From contig JBEKOT010000003.1 of NCBI GenBank assembly GCA_049521495.1, positions 1 to 58,490 of the forward strand: a DNA stretch of 58,490 bases. Direction: 5' to 3'. Source of the stretch: Syntrophorhabdales bacterium (GTDB lineage Bacteria > Desulfobacterota > Syntrophorhabdia > Syntrophorhabdales > WCHB1-27). This document shows, piece by piece, positions 34,665 through 45,310 of this stretch. A model generated the notes under the pieces. The model had not been told where the DNA came from. It did no database searches and worked only from the letters and a program-made list of their open reading frames with translations. How positions within the stretch are numbered: position 1 is the first letter of the stretch; each line of letters starts with the position of its first letter. Made by a program: the position numbers and the translations under genes.

Positions 34665-36016
34665 AATACAAGATCTCTCTGCTTTTCTTTCTCCTGTTTT
34701 TTATCTCTTACGTCGTCCTCTCCTTCCTAAACCCGGAGAAGGTGAGACTCGATGTCGGCTTCGGGAAGTCGCTCGATACGACGGTGACGAACTACATCGC
34801 CGCCTCTTTCGTGCTCGGTGTGATCGTCTCCATCTTTGCGAGCTTCTTCGGCGACGCGAGAAGGGGTATTATGAAATGGCGCAGGGAAAGAAAAGAAAGG
34901 GAAAGGAATGAGGCCAAGGAGCTACTCGAGAAAGCCAAGCTTCTCGAGATGAAAGGGGAGCCGGAGAAGGCGGCCGAGTGCTTCAACCGCGTGCTGCAGT
35001 CTGCCCCCGATCTCGAAGAGGCCTACCTTGCCTTTTCCGACATGTACTCCGCAAGGGGAGAGCACGCCAGGGCCGGCGAAATCCTCGACCGAGGCGAGAC
35101 CCGGCTTGGGAAGAGCGAGCAGATACTGCTGAAAAAGGCGCAGGTCCACCGGGCGCAAGAGGACCTGGACGGGGTGGAGCACGACCTGAAGGAGGCATTA
35201 AAGATAAAGGAATCGAACCTGGAAGCGATGGCGGCCTTGCGGGACCTCTATGTCTGCCGGAAGGCATGGACCGAGGCGCTGGATGTGGAAGAGAAGGTGA
35301 GGAAGCAGATAAAAACCGACGACGAGGACCGCCGGCTCGCCGGCTTGCGCTACGAGAGCGCCAAGGAGCGCTTTGAAAAAGACGACCCCCGGCTCTATGA
35401 GCAGATCCTCAAGGACTTAAGGGAGATAATCGGCGACCATAAGCGTTTCATCCCTGCCTACATACTGTCCGCCGAGGTCTACAAGAAGATGGACAAGTTG
35501 AACGACGCGGGCAGGGTTTACGGCCGGGGCTTTGCCAAGACGGGCCACGTCATTTTCTTGAGGCAGCTGGAAGACCTCTACCTCGACAAGAGGGAGCCGG
35601 GCGTCATTCTGAAGATATACCGCAGGCTCCTCGAGGTAGCGCCGAAGAACCAGCTCCTCATGTTCCTTTACGCGCGGCTCTGTCTGAAGCTGGAGATGAT
35701 CGACGAAGCCATCGACATCCTCACGACTCTCCTTGCCGACGAGAAGGAATTCAGGGGGCTCCACCGCGCCATGGCGGAGGCCTATATCCACAGGGGCAAG
35801 TTCGAGGAGGCGGTCAAGGAGTTCAGCCGGGCCTTTCCCATGAGCCAGGTTTACATACCATTCCAATGTGTCAAGTGCAACACCGTAAAGGCGGAATGGG
35901 CCGATTTTTGCGATACCTGCTACAGCTGGAGCACAATAAACATCAAGCAGGACGGCCTTTTCGAGAAGGAGGCTGAAGACCTGCGGGTCCTCTACGAGGA
36001 GAACTGGGAGATTTAA
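34661..36016 (+). CDS. LapA-LapB-like fusion (N-terminal TM segments, TPR repeats, C-terminal rubredoxin-like motif)
   Basis: Two TM helices, TPR helices, CVKC...CDTCYSW at the C-terminus. Confidence 0.8.
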   Translation: MKYKISLLFFLLFFISYVVLSFLNPEKVRLDVGFGKSLDTTVTNYIAASFVLGVIVSIFASFFGDARRGIMKWRRERKERERNEAKELLEKAKLLEMKGEPEKAAECFNRVLQSAPDLEEAYLAFSDMYSARGEHARAGEILDRGETRLGKSEQILLKKAQVHRAQEDLDGVEHDLKEALKIKESNLEAMAALRDLYVCRKAWTEALDVEEKVRKQIKTDDEDRRLAGLRYESAKERFEKDDPRLYEQILKDLREIIGDHKRFIPAYILSAEVYKKMDKLNDAGRVYGRGFAKTGHVIFLRQLEDLYLDKREPGVILKIYRRLLEVAPKNQLLMFLYARLCLKLEMIDEAIDILTTLLADEKEFRGLHRAMAEAYIHRGKFEEAVKEFSRAFPMSQVYIPFQCVKCNTVKAEWADFCDTCYSWSTINIKQDGLFEKEAEDLRVLYEENWEI

Positions 36017-37209
36017 TGACGGCAGGCGTCCTAGCGAACGACAACAAGATCGTTTTCCTCGTTCTGGACGGGCTCGGTGATGTCCCGCACCCCGGTCATT
36101 CCTTCCTTACGCCCCTCGAGGCGGCTATCAAGCCCAATATTGACCGCCTTGCGGTGGAGAGTGGCGTCCTCGGCCGCACAATCCCGGTGGGCATCGGCAT
36201 CACGCCCGGGAGCGGTCCAGGCCACCTGAGTCTTTTCGGCTATGACCCCCTCCGGTATGAGATAGGCAGAGGCATCCTGGAGGTGCTTGGACTGGACATG
36301 GACATGGCGGCCGGCGATATCGCAGCGCGGGGGAACTTCGCCACGGTGCAGGACGGCATAGTAGTCGACCGGAGGGCAGGCAGGATCGAGACTTCCCGGA
36401 CGCGGCGCCTCTGCGAGGAGATGTCCCGGTCGATCCCGGAAATCGATGGCGTAAAGGTTGTCATAAAGGCCGGCGTCTCCCACAGGTTCGGCATCATTTT
36501 CAAAGGAGAAGGCCTCTCCGACGAGCTTGAGGACGCCGATCCCCATAAGGAGCATATGCCTTTTGTATGGGCAGCGCCGAAGTCGCCGACGGCCGAACGG
36601 ACGGCCCGGATCATTAACGCCTATATGGAAAGGGTAATGGATCTGCTTAAGGCGGAAGGCGCGGCAAACGGCGTCCTCCTGCGGGGTTTCTCGCAAAGTC
36701 CCGACATACCTCCCTTTCCTGAGAAATACCGGATGGATTCCCTTGCGGTCGCCACTTACCCCATGTACCGGGGGCTAGCAAAGGTCCTGGGCATGAAGGT
36801 AGAGAAAGAGCCGGCGGACTATGGCGAGATGATCTCCATTTTGCGAGAGCATTACGACAGGTACCAGTTCTTTTTCATGCACATCAAGGAGACGGACGTT
36901 GCCGGAGAAGACGGTAATTTCGAAGAGAAGACGAGGGCCATAGAGATCGTAGATAGAATAGTGCCCGACATCTGGGCCCTTGCGCCCAGGGTCCTCGTCG
37001 TCACGGGCGACCATTCGACCCCCTGCATGCTGAAGGGCCATAGCTGGCACCCTGTGCCGCTCCTCATAGCAACGAATATGGGCGAGACGGACGCCAAACC
37101 CTTTCACGAAAGGAATTGCCTCAAGGGGAGTCTGGGCACTATTTACGCCAAGGAGCTCATGACCCTTGCCCTCGCCTACGGTTCAAAGCTTGATAAGTAC
37201 GGCGCGTGA
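36016..37209 (+). CDS. apgM: 2,3-bisphosphoglycerate-independent phosphoglycerate mutase (ApgM type)
   Basis: LDGLGD, PGSGPGHLSLFGY, DRRAGRI, TGDHSTP, HSWHPVP. Confidence 0.92.
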   Translation: MTAGVLANDNKIVFLVLDGLGDVPHPGHSFLTPLEAAIKPNIDRLAVESGVLGRTIPVGIGITPGSGPGHLSLFGYDPLRYEIGRGILEVLGLDMDMAAGDIAARGNFATVQDGIVVDRRAGRIETSRTRRLCEEMSRSIPEIDGVKVVIKAGVSHRFGIIFKGEGLSDELEDADPHKEHMPFVWAAPKSPTAERTARIINAYMERVMDLLKAEGAANGVLLRGFSQSPDIPPFPEKYRMDSLAVATYPMYRGLAKVLGMKVEKEPADYGEMISILREHYDRYQFFFMHIKETDVAGEDGNFEEKTRAIEIVDRIVPDIWALAPRVLVVTGDHSTPCMLKGHSWHPVPLLIATNMGETDAKPFHERNCLKGSLGTIYAKELMTLALAYGSKLDKYGA

Positions 37210-37891
37210 AATCCTGAAGCCGGTCCTGGAGCTCGTCTACCCGACCTACTGCGGTGGTTGCGGCAAGCAGGGAGACGTGCTCTGCCGGTCGTGCCGGCAG
37301 TCGCTTATCCCTCTTGACGGGCCCCTGGTCTGTCCCGTCTGCGGCATGCGGACGGGCAGTGAGGCACTGTGCGGCGGCTGTATCTCTCATCCGATTTTCT
37401 TCGAAAGGGGCTTCTACGGGTTTTCTTTCGAGGGCGCCCTGAGGGAGGCGGTCCATGCCTTCAAATTCAAGGGCAGAATCGACGTGGGGAGGGCGCTGGC
37501 GCGGGAGGCCTTGCCCAGGGCCGCGGCCTGCCTCGCGAACTGCGTGGACGCTATCGTGCCGGTCCCCGTCACGGAGAGGAGACTTAAGGCAAGGGGTTTC
37601 AACCAGTCCTTCATTATTGCCGAGGAGCTCTCGGCTGCGCTGGCAGCGCCCGTCGACTGCGCGACCCTCGCAAAAGTGAGGGAGACGGAAGACCAGTACA
37701 CGCTTTCAAAAAAAGAGAGAAAGAAGAACATCAGGGGCGCCTTTTCCGCTCGTCGCCGCGTCACCGGCATGCGCCTTCTGGTCGTGGACGATTTGTACAC
37801 GACGGGCAATACCGCCCGGGAGGCCGCAAGGACCCTCGTAAGGGCGGGGGCGGGAAGGGTCTATTTCTTTGCCCTCGGGAGAACACCTTGA
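37166..37891 (+). CDS. comF: ComF family double zinc ribbon / phosphoribosyltransferase protein (start uncertain)
   Basis: CGGC..CRSC, CPVC..CGGC, RGFNQS, VDDLYTTG. Confidence 0.9.
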   Translation: MPSPTVQSLISTAREILKPVLELVYPTYCGGCGKQGDVLCRSCRQSLIPLDGPLVCPVCGMRTGSEALCGGCISHPIFFERGFYGFSFEGALREAVHAFKFKGRIDVGRALAREALPRAAACLANCVDAIVPVPVTERRLKARGFNQSFIIAEELSAALAAPVDCATLAKVRETEDQYTLSKKERKKNIRGAFSARRRVTGMRLLVVDDLYTTGNTAREAARTLVRAGAGRVYFFALGRTP

Positions 37892-40800
37892 TGAAAAAGG
37901 TTTTCCTTATACCGCTCCTGGTGCTCGTCGTCCTGGCGGGGCTTTTCGTAGCCGCCTGGATGAGCCTGCCTAAGCTCGCGTTCCACATGCTGGGCAAGGC
38001 AGTAGGAGGGGCCGTAGAGGCGTCAAGATCGAGCTTTGCCTTCCGGGGCGGCCTCCTCGTGCTGAGACTTGACGGGATAAGGATAAAGGGCAACGTCCGA
38101 GGGACCGTCGGGACTTGCGAGCTCCAGGTGCAGCCGTCGAAGGGCATATACGTCAAGTACTTCACAATCTCCGACTTCGATATCAAGGTGGGCAATGAAA
38201 GGGGCCGGATCGGCCTTTATCCCGTGCCTGTGGAGCTGGCGAGGATCACGAACGGGCGCGTCGATTACGGCGGCCGCAAGTACGTGCTCCGCGAAATGAC
38301 GGTGGCCAACTTCAATACAGGCCGTCCCCTCGAATTCACCATTGACGGAGGGATCGAGGGACTGGGCAATCTCAAAACGAAGGGCGGGGGCGTTTTCTTC
38401 CCGGAAAAGAGGTCGGATATAAGGGGTGAGTATCGCCTCTCCGGGGTGCACATGGACCGCGTATTCAAAGACTACGAGGGCCTGGCCGACTCCCGGGGCA
38501 CTTATACCTATAAAGACGGTAGGCTCGTCATGGACGGCGATGTGACGGCGCCGTACTTTTCGCTCATGGAAACGTTCTTGAGGAAGCGGATCGTTTCGAC
38601 CGACAACGACTGCCGTATCCACCTGACAACGGTCGGAGGCGTCTCGGACGTGACGCTTTCGGGACTTGCCTTCAAGGGTACGCCGTTGTTTCTGAAATTC
38701 AGCGCCGACAGCAGGACCCTCCACAGCCTCGAGCTGAAAACCGACCTGATGTCCATAGCAGACGTGATGGAATACATAAACCCCGCCCTCATGTCCGAGG
38801 GGGATTGGGGCCCCCTATCCTTCGTGAAGGGAGGCCTGATGCGCATAGACCGTTTAGTCTTCCAGCGAGGCGAGCCTTTTACTGCGCAGATCGACGTGCG
38901 CGACGTCGAGGTGGGCAACGGGCGCGTGAACCTCACTGACGTGGCCGGTTCCCTGAGGTTGTCCGGCACAGCCCTAGTCCTCGACGACTTCGAAGGGCGC
39001 CTAGGAGCTGGCCGGATATCGCAGGTCTCCGGGCTCCTGCCCCTCAGGCTGGACAGGGATGTGAGGGTAAAGGGCCGCTTCTCCCTATCTCTGCCTGATG
39101 TCCTCCGGCTTGCCGGCGCGGGGACAGGAAGTATCAGGGTCCTTTCCGGCCTCACCGAAGGGGGCATGGAAATTCAAGGCAGGAAAGACCGGGGCTTCAG
39201 CATGGAAGGAAGGGGAACCGTGCGGGACGGCCGGTTTCTCTTCCGCAAAATGGAACTGGGAGCATCGGGGAACTATACCTTCAGGAACGGCAAAGTGACG
39301 CTGGCCCCGTTAGTGATAGGAAGGGGACAGACGAGCCTCGTCCTTTCGGGTGAGGCCCGAAAGGACGAGGCGGACGTTCATGTGAAAGGCGTGGTCGGCG
39401 GAGCGCAGATAAAAGAACTCCTTGGCTGCCCGTGCCCTATGGAAGGCCCCGTTGCGGTGGAGGCCTCCCTTGGCCTCGAAGGCAGCGCGTTTCGGGCGAC
39501 AGGCCGTCTTGCCATGACGGACCTGTCCTTCCAGATACCCCGCGTCCTGAAGAAAGAGGGCGGCATAGAGAGCTGGGCCGCCTTGTCGCTCCATGGGCGA
39601 AAGGGCGGCGACGTCGTAGTCGATAGCCTTTCCTATACGCTCGGTCCCCTTCACGCCTTCTTGAGCGGCAGGATTGGGAAAAATAGGATATCGGCCATGC
39701 GCGTGGCGCTGGACGTACCCGATGTCGGGGGCCTGTCCAGGCTCTTTTTTTTTGAGAATGGCAAGGACGGGGGAGACCTGAGAGCAGAGCTAACGCTCGA
39801 CGACCTGCCCTTTCCAGTGACGAGGCTCCCCAGAACGACGGGGTATATCTGCTTCACGAGAGGCGTCTTACACCCCCCCGAGCTCGTGAATCCTCTCACC
39901 GGTATCAATCTCTTCTGCAAGTTCGAGGGCGACAGGTTTACCATAGACCTCTCCGGACTGCGGTCCGGAGAAAGCGTCCTTTCCCGCGGTCATCTCGCGG
40001 TGACGGGCGTCACGCGGCCTTCTTTCACCCTCGATATAGACATGGACAGGTTCGACCCGGCCGATTTTGCCATGAGAAAGGAAAGGCCCTTCAGATTACC
40101 CGTCATCGCGGAAGACAGCCTGGCGGCACGGATGACCGGAGATTTCCTCGTCAGGGCAAAGACTCTCCCGTTCAGGGGGATTACAGGAACGGACTTGGTG
40201 CTTCAGGGTGCTTACGAGAACAGGACTATCGCCGTGGCGGCCGGCCGGGTAGGAGCGGCCGAGGGCGATCTCGTCTTCGAAGGTAGTGTGCGCCTTGCAT
40301 CCCTTCCCAGGCTGGAGGTGAGCGGAAGGGCCAAAGACGTGACCGCCCGGGAAGTCCTTGCGCTTTTCGGCGGGAAGCCGGATGTCTTCGAGGGTACCGG
40401 GTCGGTGGTCGGCAATCTGACGTTCACCGGAAGAGACGCCAAAGAGATGGCAAGGAGCGCGAGCGGCCGGATAAGCGTAGAGAGCCGGAACGGCGTTATC
40501 AGAAAGTGGAACGTCATCTCAAAAATCCTGGCAGTGACGAACGTTTACGACCTTTTTGCCGGAAGGGTCGATCTTAGCCGCAACGGTCTGTTCTACAGGA
40601 GGCTCAGCGCCTCCTTCGAGGGGGAGAACGGTGTATTCCGCACCCATGATTTCCTTATATACAGCCCGTCCATGCTCATCACCGGGCAGGGCCTTCTCGA
40701 TGTCGGGAAGAAAGAGATGGACGGCAGGATGACCGTGTCGCCCTTCGTGACTATGGACAGGATCATAGAGGCGCTCCCCCTTGTGCGTAATATCGTCCAC

Positions 40801-40992
40801 GAGAGAGGGAACGGCATTATTTTCTTCGTATACGACATAAAGGGCCCCGCCCGCGACCCTGAAATAAAATCGCGATATATCCGCAGCGTGGGGGCGAGGC
40901 TCGTCTATATGCTGCGCAATGCGCTCAATCTGCCCAAAGGGGCCTGGGACGAGCTTAGCAAGGAACTGGAAAAGAAGGAGCCGCAGAGATGA
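37888..40992 (+). CDS. AsmA-like (YhdP/TamB-type) envelope protein
   Basis: N-terminal TM anchor, long Gly-rich beta-strand pattern, AsmA-like C-terminus (GVFRTHDF...ITGQG...YDIKGPARDP). Confidence 0.8.
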   Translation: MMKKVFLIPLLVLVVLAGLFVAAWMSLPKLAFHMLGKAVGGAVEASRSSFAFRGGLLVLRLDGIRIKGNVRGTVGTCELQVQPSKGIYVKYFTISDFDIKVGNERGRIGLYPVPVELARITNGRVDYGGRKYVLREMTVANFNTGRPLEFTIDGGIEGLGNLKTKGGGVFFPEKRSDIRGEYRLSGVHMDRVFKDYEGLADSRGTYTYKDGRLVMDGDVTAPYFSLMETFLRKRIVSTDNDCRIHLTTVGGVSDVTLSGLAFKGTPLFLKFSADSRTLHSLELKTDLMSIADVMEYINPALMSEGDWGPLSFVKGGLMRIDRLVFQRGEPFTAQIDVRDVEVGNGRVNLTDVAGSLRLSGTALVLDDFEGRLGAGRISQVSGLLPLRLDRDVRVKGRFSLSLPDVLRLAGAGTGSIRVLSGLTEGGMEIQGRKDRGFSMEGRGTVRDGRFLFRKMELGASGNYTFRNGKVTLAPLVIGRGQTSLVLSGEARKDEADVHVKGVVGGAQIKELLGCPCPMEGPVAVEASLGLEGSAFRATGRLAMTDLSFQIPRVLKKEGGIESWAALSLHGRKGGDVVVDSLSYTLGPLHAFLSGRIGKNRISAMRVALDVPDVGGLSRLFFFENGKDGGDLRAELTLDDLPFPVTRLPRTTGYICFTRGVLHPPELVNPLTGINLFCKFEGDRFTIDLSGLRSGESVLSRGHLAVTGVTRPSFTLDIDMDRFDPADFAMRKERPFRLPVIAEDSLAARMTGDFLVRAKTLPFRGITGTDLVLQGAYENRTIAVAAGRVGAAEGDLVFEGSVRLASLPRLEVSGRAKDVTAREVLALFGGKPDVFEGTGSVVGNLTFTGRDAKEMARSASGRISVESRNGVIRKWNVISKILAVTNVYDLFAGRVDLSRNGLFYRRLSASFEGENGVFRTHDFLIYSPSMLITGQGLLDVGKKEMDGRMTVSPFVTMDRIIEALPLVRNIVHERGNGIIFFVYDIKGPARDPEIKSRYIRSVGARLVYMLRNALNLPKGAWDELSKELEKKEPQR

Positions 40993-41858
40993 GAATAGGG
41001 ATTATCGGCGCCGGGAAGGTCGGATGCGCCCTGGGCTACACACTCAAGAAAAAGGGGTTCGAGGTGGCCGCAGTCGCCGACGTCCGGCCGTCGTCGCTCG
41101 ATGCGGCACGGGCTTACATAGGCGAGGACTGTTTTTACACGGGGAACAACTTGGACGTCGCGGAGATGGCGGAAGTGGTCGCGGTGACCACCCAGGACAA
41201 GGAGATCCGAAACGTGGCCGCGCAAATATCGAGTAAGGCAGGGCGGCTTGACGGCAAGCTGTTCTTCCACACGAGCGGGGCCCATGACGCACGCGAGCTG
41301 TCTCCCTTGGAGAAGAACGGCGCCCTCCTCGGCTCGCTCCACCCCCTTCAGACGTTCCCCGACATCGACGCGGGGATAGCGGCCCTTCCCGAAACCTATA
41401 TCTTCATAGAGGGCGACGAGAAGGCCCTTCCCCTGCTTAAGCTCCTGGGGTCGAACCTGGGCGCAAAGGTCGAGCCCATCGAAAGCAAGAACAAGGTGCT
41501 CTATCACCTGTGCGCCGTCTTCGTCTGCAACCTGCTATCCGCCCTGTTCTTTGCCGCGCAGGGGATCGTGAAGCGCATCGGCATCGACCTTCCGCCCTTC
41601 TATCCTATCATCAGGGCTACACTGGCCAATATAGAGGCAAAAGGCCCGCTCCTATCCCTTACGGGGCCTGTGGTACGGGGCGATTCAGGCACAATATCGT
41701 CCCATATCAAGGCGCTGGAAGGCATGGGACTGACGGATAGGGTATACAGGGTTCTTTCCCTCGTGGCCCTGGATATGGCCCGCGAGCGCAAGACGCTGAC
41801 CAAGGAGGAAATAGAAGCCCTCGGCACGTTGCTTGAAGGCGGCCGCCTTCCCTCCTGA
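40989..41858 (+). CDS. Rossmann-like DUF2520 oxidoreductase
   Basis: IGAGKVG, HTSGA, LHPLQTF, YHLCAVFVCN, LTGPVVRGD. Confidence 0.88.
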   Translation: MRIGIIGAGKVGCALGYTLKKKGFEVAAVADVRPSSLDAARAYIGEDCFYTGNNLDVAEMAEVVAVTTQDKEIRNVAAQISSKAGRLDGKLFFHTSGAHDARELSPLEKNGALLGSLHPLQTFPDIDAGIAALPETYIFIEGDEKALPLLKLLGSNLGAKVEPIESKNKVLYHLCAVFVCNLLSALFFAAQGIVKRIGIDLPPFYPIIRATLANIEAKGPLLSLTGPVVRGDSGTISSHIKALEGMGLTDRVYRVLSLVALDMARERKTLTKEEIEALGTLLEGGRLPS

Positions 41859-41949
41859 AGACCTCGAAAGGTTGAAATGGCGCGAGATACCTTATTTTTT
41901 ACCTCATTCGGTCGATAACCGTAGAACGGGAAGCGTGAAGGAAAGCCGG

Positions 41950-44211
41950 ATGGATATCAAAGTGGAAGTTCGGGAATCGGAAGATCGCTTCCGGGTCGCA
42001 GTAGAAAGCTCGAGCGACGCCGTCATCATATTCTGGGGACAAGAGCGCTCCTACGTCAATCGAAGGTTCCTCGAAATGTTCGGCTACGGCACAGAGGAAG
42101 AGGCCCTAGCCGAGGAGGTGCATTCCATAGTGCATCCCGACGACAGGGAAAGGGTGCAAGGGTACGCCACAGCGAGACAGCGAGGCGAGGATGCACCGTC
42201 CAGGTACGAGTTCAGGGGGGTGCGCAAGGACGGCGCTGTCATATGGGTCGAGGCTTCGGCAAGCAGGATCGTTACCAAGGAGGGACCCGCATCGCTTGCC
42301 TGGCTCAGGGACATCACGGAGCGGAAGCAGGCGGAAGAGGCCCTCCGCGAGAGCGAGGAGAAGTTCCGGATCCTCTTCGAGAAGTCGGCCTATCCCGTGC
42401 TCCTCGTTGACGACTATACCTTCGTCGACTGCAACGACACGACCCTTAGCTTCATCGGCGTTTTGAGCAAAGACCAACTGATCGGTTGCCATCCGTGGGA
42501 CCTCTCACCCGAACGACAGCCCGACGGCCGGCTTTCTATAGAAAAGGCGAAAGAGCTGATGAACACTACCCTCAAGCAAGGGGTCAACCATTTCGAATGG
42601 GTCCGCAGCACCCTGCTAGGCGAGGATCGCTGGCTGGAGGTGTCCCAGACGGTGATACCCATACGGGGAAAACAGGTCATGTATACCGAATGGAGGGACA
42701 TCACCGACCGCAAGAAGGCCGAGGAAAGCCTGAAGGAATCGGAAGAGCGCTACCGGGTCGCCGTAGAGAGCTCGAACGACGGGGTGGCTATAGTCCAGGC
42801 AGACCGGCATGTTTACGTGAACCAGAAATTCCTCGACATCTTCGGTTATGAAAGGGATGAGGTCTTAGGCAGGGACCACTCTCTCAGCGTCCACCCGGAC
42901 GACCTGAGAATGGTCAGGTCATACAACCGGAAAAGGCAGAGGGGCGCGCCCGCGCCGAACCGTTACGATTTCAAGGGGATCACCAAGGACGGGACACGCA
43001 TCTTCGTCGAGGTTTCAGCCGCCCCTATCACCTACCGCGGGGAGCCGGCTTCCCTCGTCTTCTTCAGGGACATGACCGAGCGTAAGGCCCTTGAGGCCCA
43101 GCTTCTCCATGCGCAGAAGATGGAGGCCGTAGGCACCCTGGCGGCAGGGGTGGCTCATGATTTCAATAACATCCTCATGGCCCTTATGGGCTATGCCAAT
43201 CTACTGCAGCGCCAGATGGAGAAGGACGACCCCGCGAGGGCCTACGCCGACCAGATCATTGCCTGCACGGGCAAGGCAGCCGGGCTGACCCAGAGCCTCC
43301 TTACCTTCGGGAGGAAACAGGTGATGGAGCTGAAGCCTCACAACGTAAGCGCCCTGGTGAGGGACGTGGAGACGCTCCTCCGAAGACTTTTGCCCGAGGA
43401 TGTCCGTCTGACCCTCGGTCTGGCCGGTGAGGTGACGGTCATGGCCGATGCCGGCCAGATAGCACAAATTTTGATCAACCTCTGCGCCAATGCCAGAGAT
43501 GCCATGCCGAATGGGGGCGAATTGAGAATAGAGACTGGGGAAGCGAGAATGGACGGGCGGTTCATCGCCGACAACGGCTATGGCAAGGCCGGCCTCTATG
43601 CCCGTATCTCCATCTCCGATACAGGGGCAGGTATGGATAGCGAGACCCGGGAGAAAATCTTCGAGCCCTTCTTCACGACGAAGGAGGTCGGGAAGGGGAC
43701 CGGCCTGGGGCTTTCCATCGTTTACGGCGTCGTCAAGCAGCACCAGGGGTACATCGCCGTGGAATCCGAGGTTGGGAAGGGAACGACCTTCCGCATATAC
43801 CTGCCCAGCGTCAAACGAAAAACGGCGCTGAGTAAGGCCCCCCCGAGCAGCGTTACGGGGGGAACGGAGACCATCCTCCTGGCTGACGACGATGCCGACC
43901 TTCGAAAGATCGCCAGCGAGATCCTCGCGACCGCCGGGTATGACGTCATAGAGGCGGCAAACGGCCGGGACGCCGTGGAGAGGTTCAAAGAGCGGGCCGG
44001 GGGGATCGACCTCCTGCTCTTCGACGTGGTTATGCCGGAAAAAAAGGGGCACGAGGCGTACGAGGAGATAAAGCGCCTGAACCATAACATCAAAGTTCTA
44101 TTCATGTCCGGCTATCCCGGTCAGATGCTTCCCGACGAAGGGACAGTCATCGCCAAGCCGCTGTCGCCCGAGGAGCTGCTGCGGAAGGTGCGGGAGGTCC
44201 TCGACAATTAG
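41950..44211 (+). CDS. Cytoplasmic hybrid sensor histidine kinase (3 PAS, HisKA, HATPase, receiver)
   Basis: PAS/PAC repeats ending RDITERK; AHDFNN H-box; NARDAM, DTGAG, FFTTK, GTGLGL; receiver ADDD/DVVMP/KP. Confidence 0.94.
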   Translation: MDIKVEVRESEDRFRVAVESSSDAVIIFWGQERSYVNRRFLEMFGYGTEEEALAEEVHSIVHPDDRERVQGYATARQRGEDAPSRYEFRGVRKDGAVIWVEASASRIVTKEGPASLAWLRDITERKQAEEALRESEEKFRILFEKSAYPVLLVDDYTFVDCNDTTLSFIGVLSKDQLIGCHPWDLSPERQPDGRLSIEKAKELMNTTLKQGVNHFEWVRSTLLGEDRWLEVSQTVIPIRGKQVMYTEWRDITDRKKAEESLKESEERYRVAVESSNDGVAIVQADRHVYVNQKFLDIFGYERDEVLGRDHSLSVHPDDLRMVRSYNRKRQRGAPAPNRYDFKGITKDGTRIFVEVSAAPITYRGEPASLVFFRDMTERKALEAQLLHAQKMEAVGTLAAGVAHDFNNILMALMGYANLLQRQMEKDDPARAYADQIIACTGKAAGLTQSLLTFGRKQVMELKPHNVSALVRDVETLLRRLLPEDVRLTLGLAGEVTVMADAGQIAQILINLCANARDAMPNGGELRIETGEARMDGRFIADNGYGKAGLYARISISDTGAGMDSETREKIFEPFFTTKEVGKGTGLGLSIVYGVVKQHQGYIAVESEVGKGTTFRIYLPSVKRKTALSKAPPSSVTGGTETILLADDDADLRKIASEILATAGYDVIEAANGRDAVERFKERAGGIDLLLFDVVMPEKKGHEAYEEIKRLNHNIKVLFMSGYPGQMLPDEGTVIAKPLSPEELLRKVREVLDN

Positions 44212-44531
44212 CGAGGGGACGGGCCGCAGCGGTGGCCCCGCACGATAAGGGTCCGCAACGCCCGGCCGGACCGTTTCTTCAGCTCTCCGGAGAAGGCTGC
44301 ACAGGGTGTAAAGAATACCCCTTGACGAATCCGGCCCGCTCGGATGCTCCCGCGGCGGAGTCGGCTCATTGTTTTCGGGACAAGCCTTCCGAAATATGGT
44401 AAAGAATCATAGGCCGACATTTCGATGCTTCGGCAGTCCGGGCAGTTGCACGATATGGCGGCCTTTACCGGCAGGCAAGGTAGAAGGCGTCTCCCCTTGC
44501 TGCCCGGACGGGAAAGGAGGGCCGCCCCTCG

Positions 44532-45302
44532 ATGAAGAAAGGAGCCGAGGTCCCCTTCGGCGTGCTTGTTCGATTCCGGGGGGCCTTTTATCTTCTCCTC
44601 TCGAGGGCGTTCAGCAGGGAGCCGGATCGGGAAACGCTGGACGGCCTGGAGCGGGTATCGGGCGGGCTCATGGAGGCGTGGGAAATGATGGGATTGCCTT
44701 CCCACCCCGACGTACAGGCGGGAAAGGTCCTTTTGAGGACATTTTTTTCCGGGCTCCATCAGGGTGATGCCGACCTCATGACCGAGCAGCTGGCCAGGGA
44801 ATACGCTTCCCTTTTTCTCGGTGTAGGCCCCAAAACAGTCTCTCTCTGTGAATCGGTCTACCGAAGCACGTCCGGGCTGCTCTATCAACCCGTCCTTTTT
44901 GAGGTGCGGCAGTCATACCGCGAAGCCGGGATGGCGAAAAGCGGCCATTACCATGAACCTGACGATCATATCGCCGTCGAGCTCGGCTACATGGCAAGGC
45001 TATGCGAGATGACAAAGGAGGCTGCCGAGGCGGATAAAGAGCAAGCCTTCCCCTTGCTCAGGCTTCAGCGGGCATTTCTGGAAGCCCACCTCTTGCCCTG
45101 GGTCTCCCTTTTTGCACGGCATCTCATTGCCGCGGCGCCCTCCGGTTTTTATCGGGCGATGGCCCATCTCCTGAAAGGATATATCGGCATAGACAGCGGG
45201 CTGATCCAATCGATTACGCAGGGCCTGAACCATAAGCCCAAAGTAAAAAGAGGAGGCAGGAAGCAAGCAGTGACAGGCTGTCGACGCACCTTCAGGCACT
45301 AG
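44532..45302 (+). CDS. TorD/DmsD family molybdoenzyme chaperone
   Basis: EYASLFLG, CESVY, EPDDHIAVEL, HLLPW. Confidence 0.9.
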   Translation: MKKGAEVPFGVLVRFRGAFYLLLSRAFSREPDRETLDGLERVSGGLMEAWEMMGLPSHPDVQAGKVLLRTFFSGLHQGDADLMTEQLAREYASLFLGVGPKTVSLCESVYRSTSGLLYQPVLFEVRQSYREAGMAKSGHYHEPDDHIAVELGYMARLCEMTKEAAEADKEQAFPLLRLQRAFLEAHLLPWVSLFARHLIAAAPSGFYRAMAHLLKGYIGIDSGLIQSITQGLNHKPKVKRGGRKQAVTGCRRTFRH

Positions 45303-45310
45303 GAGGTCTT

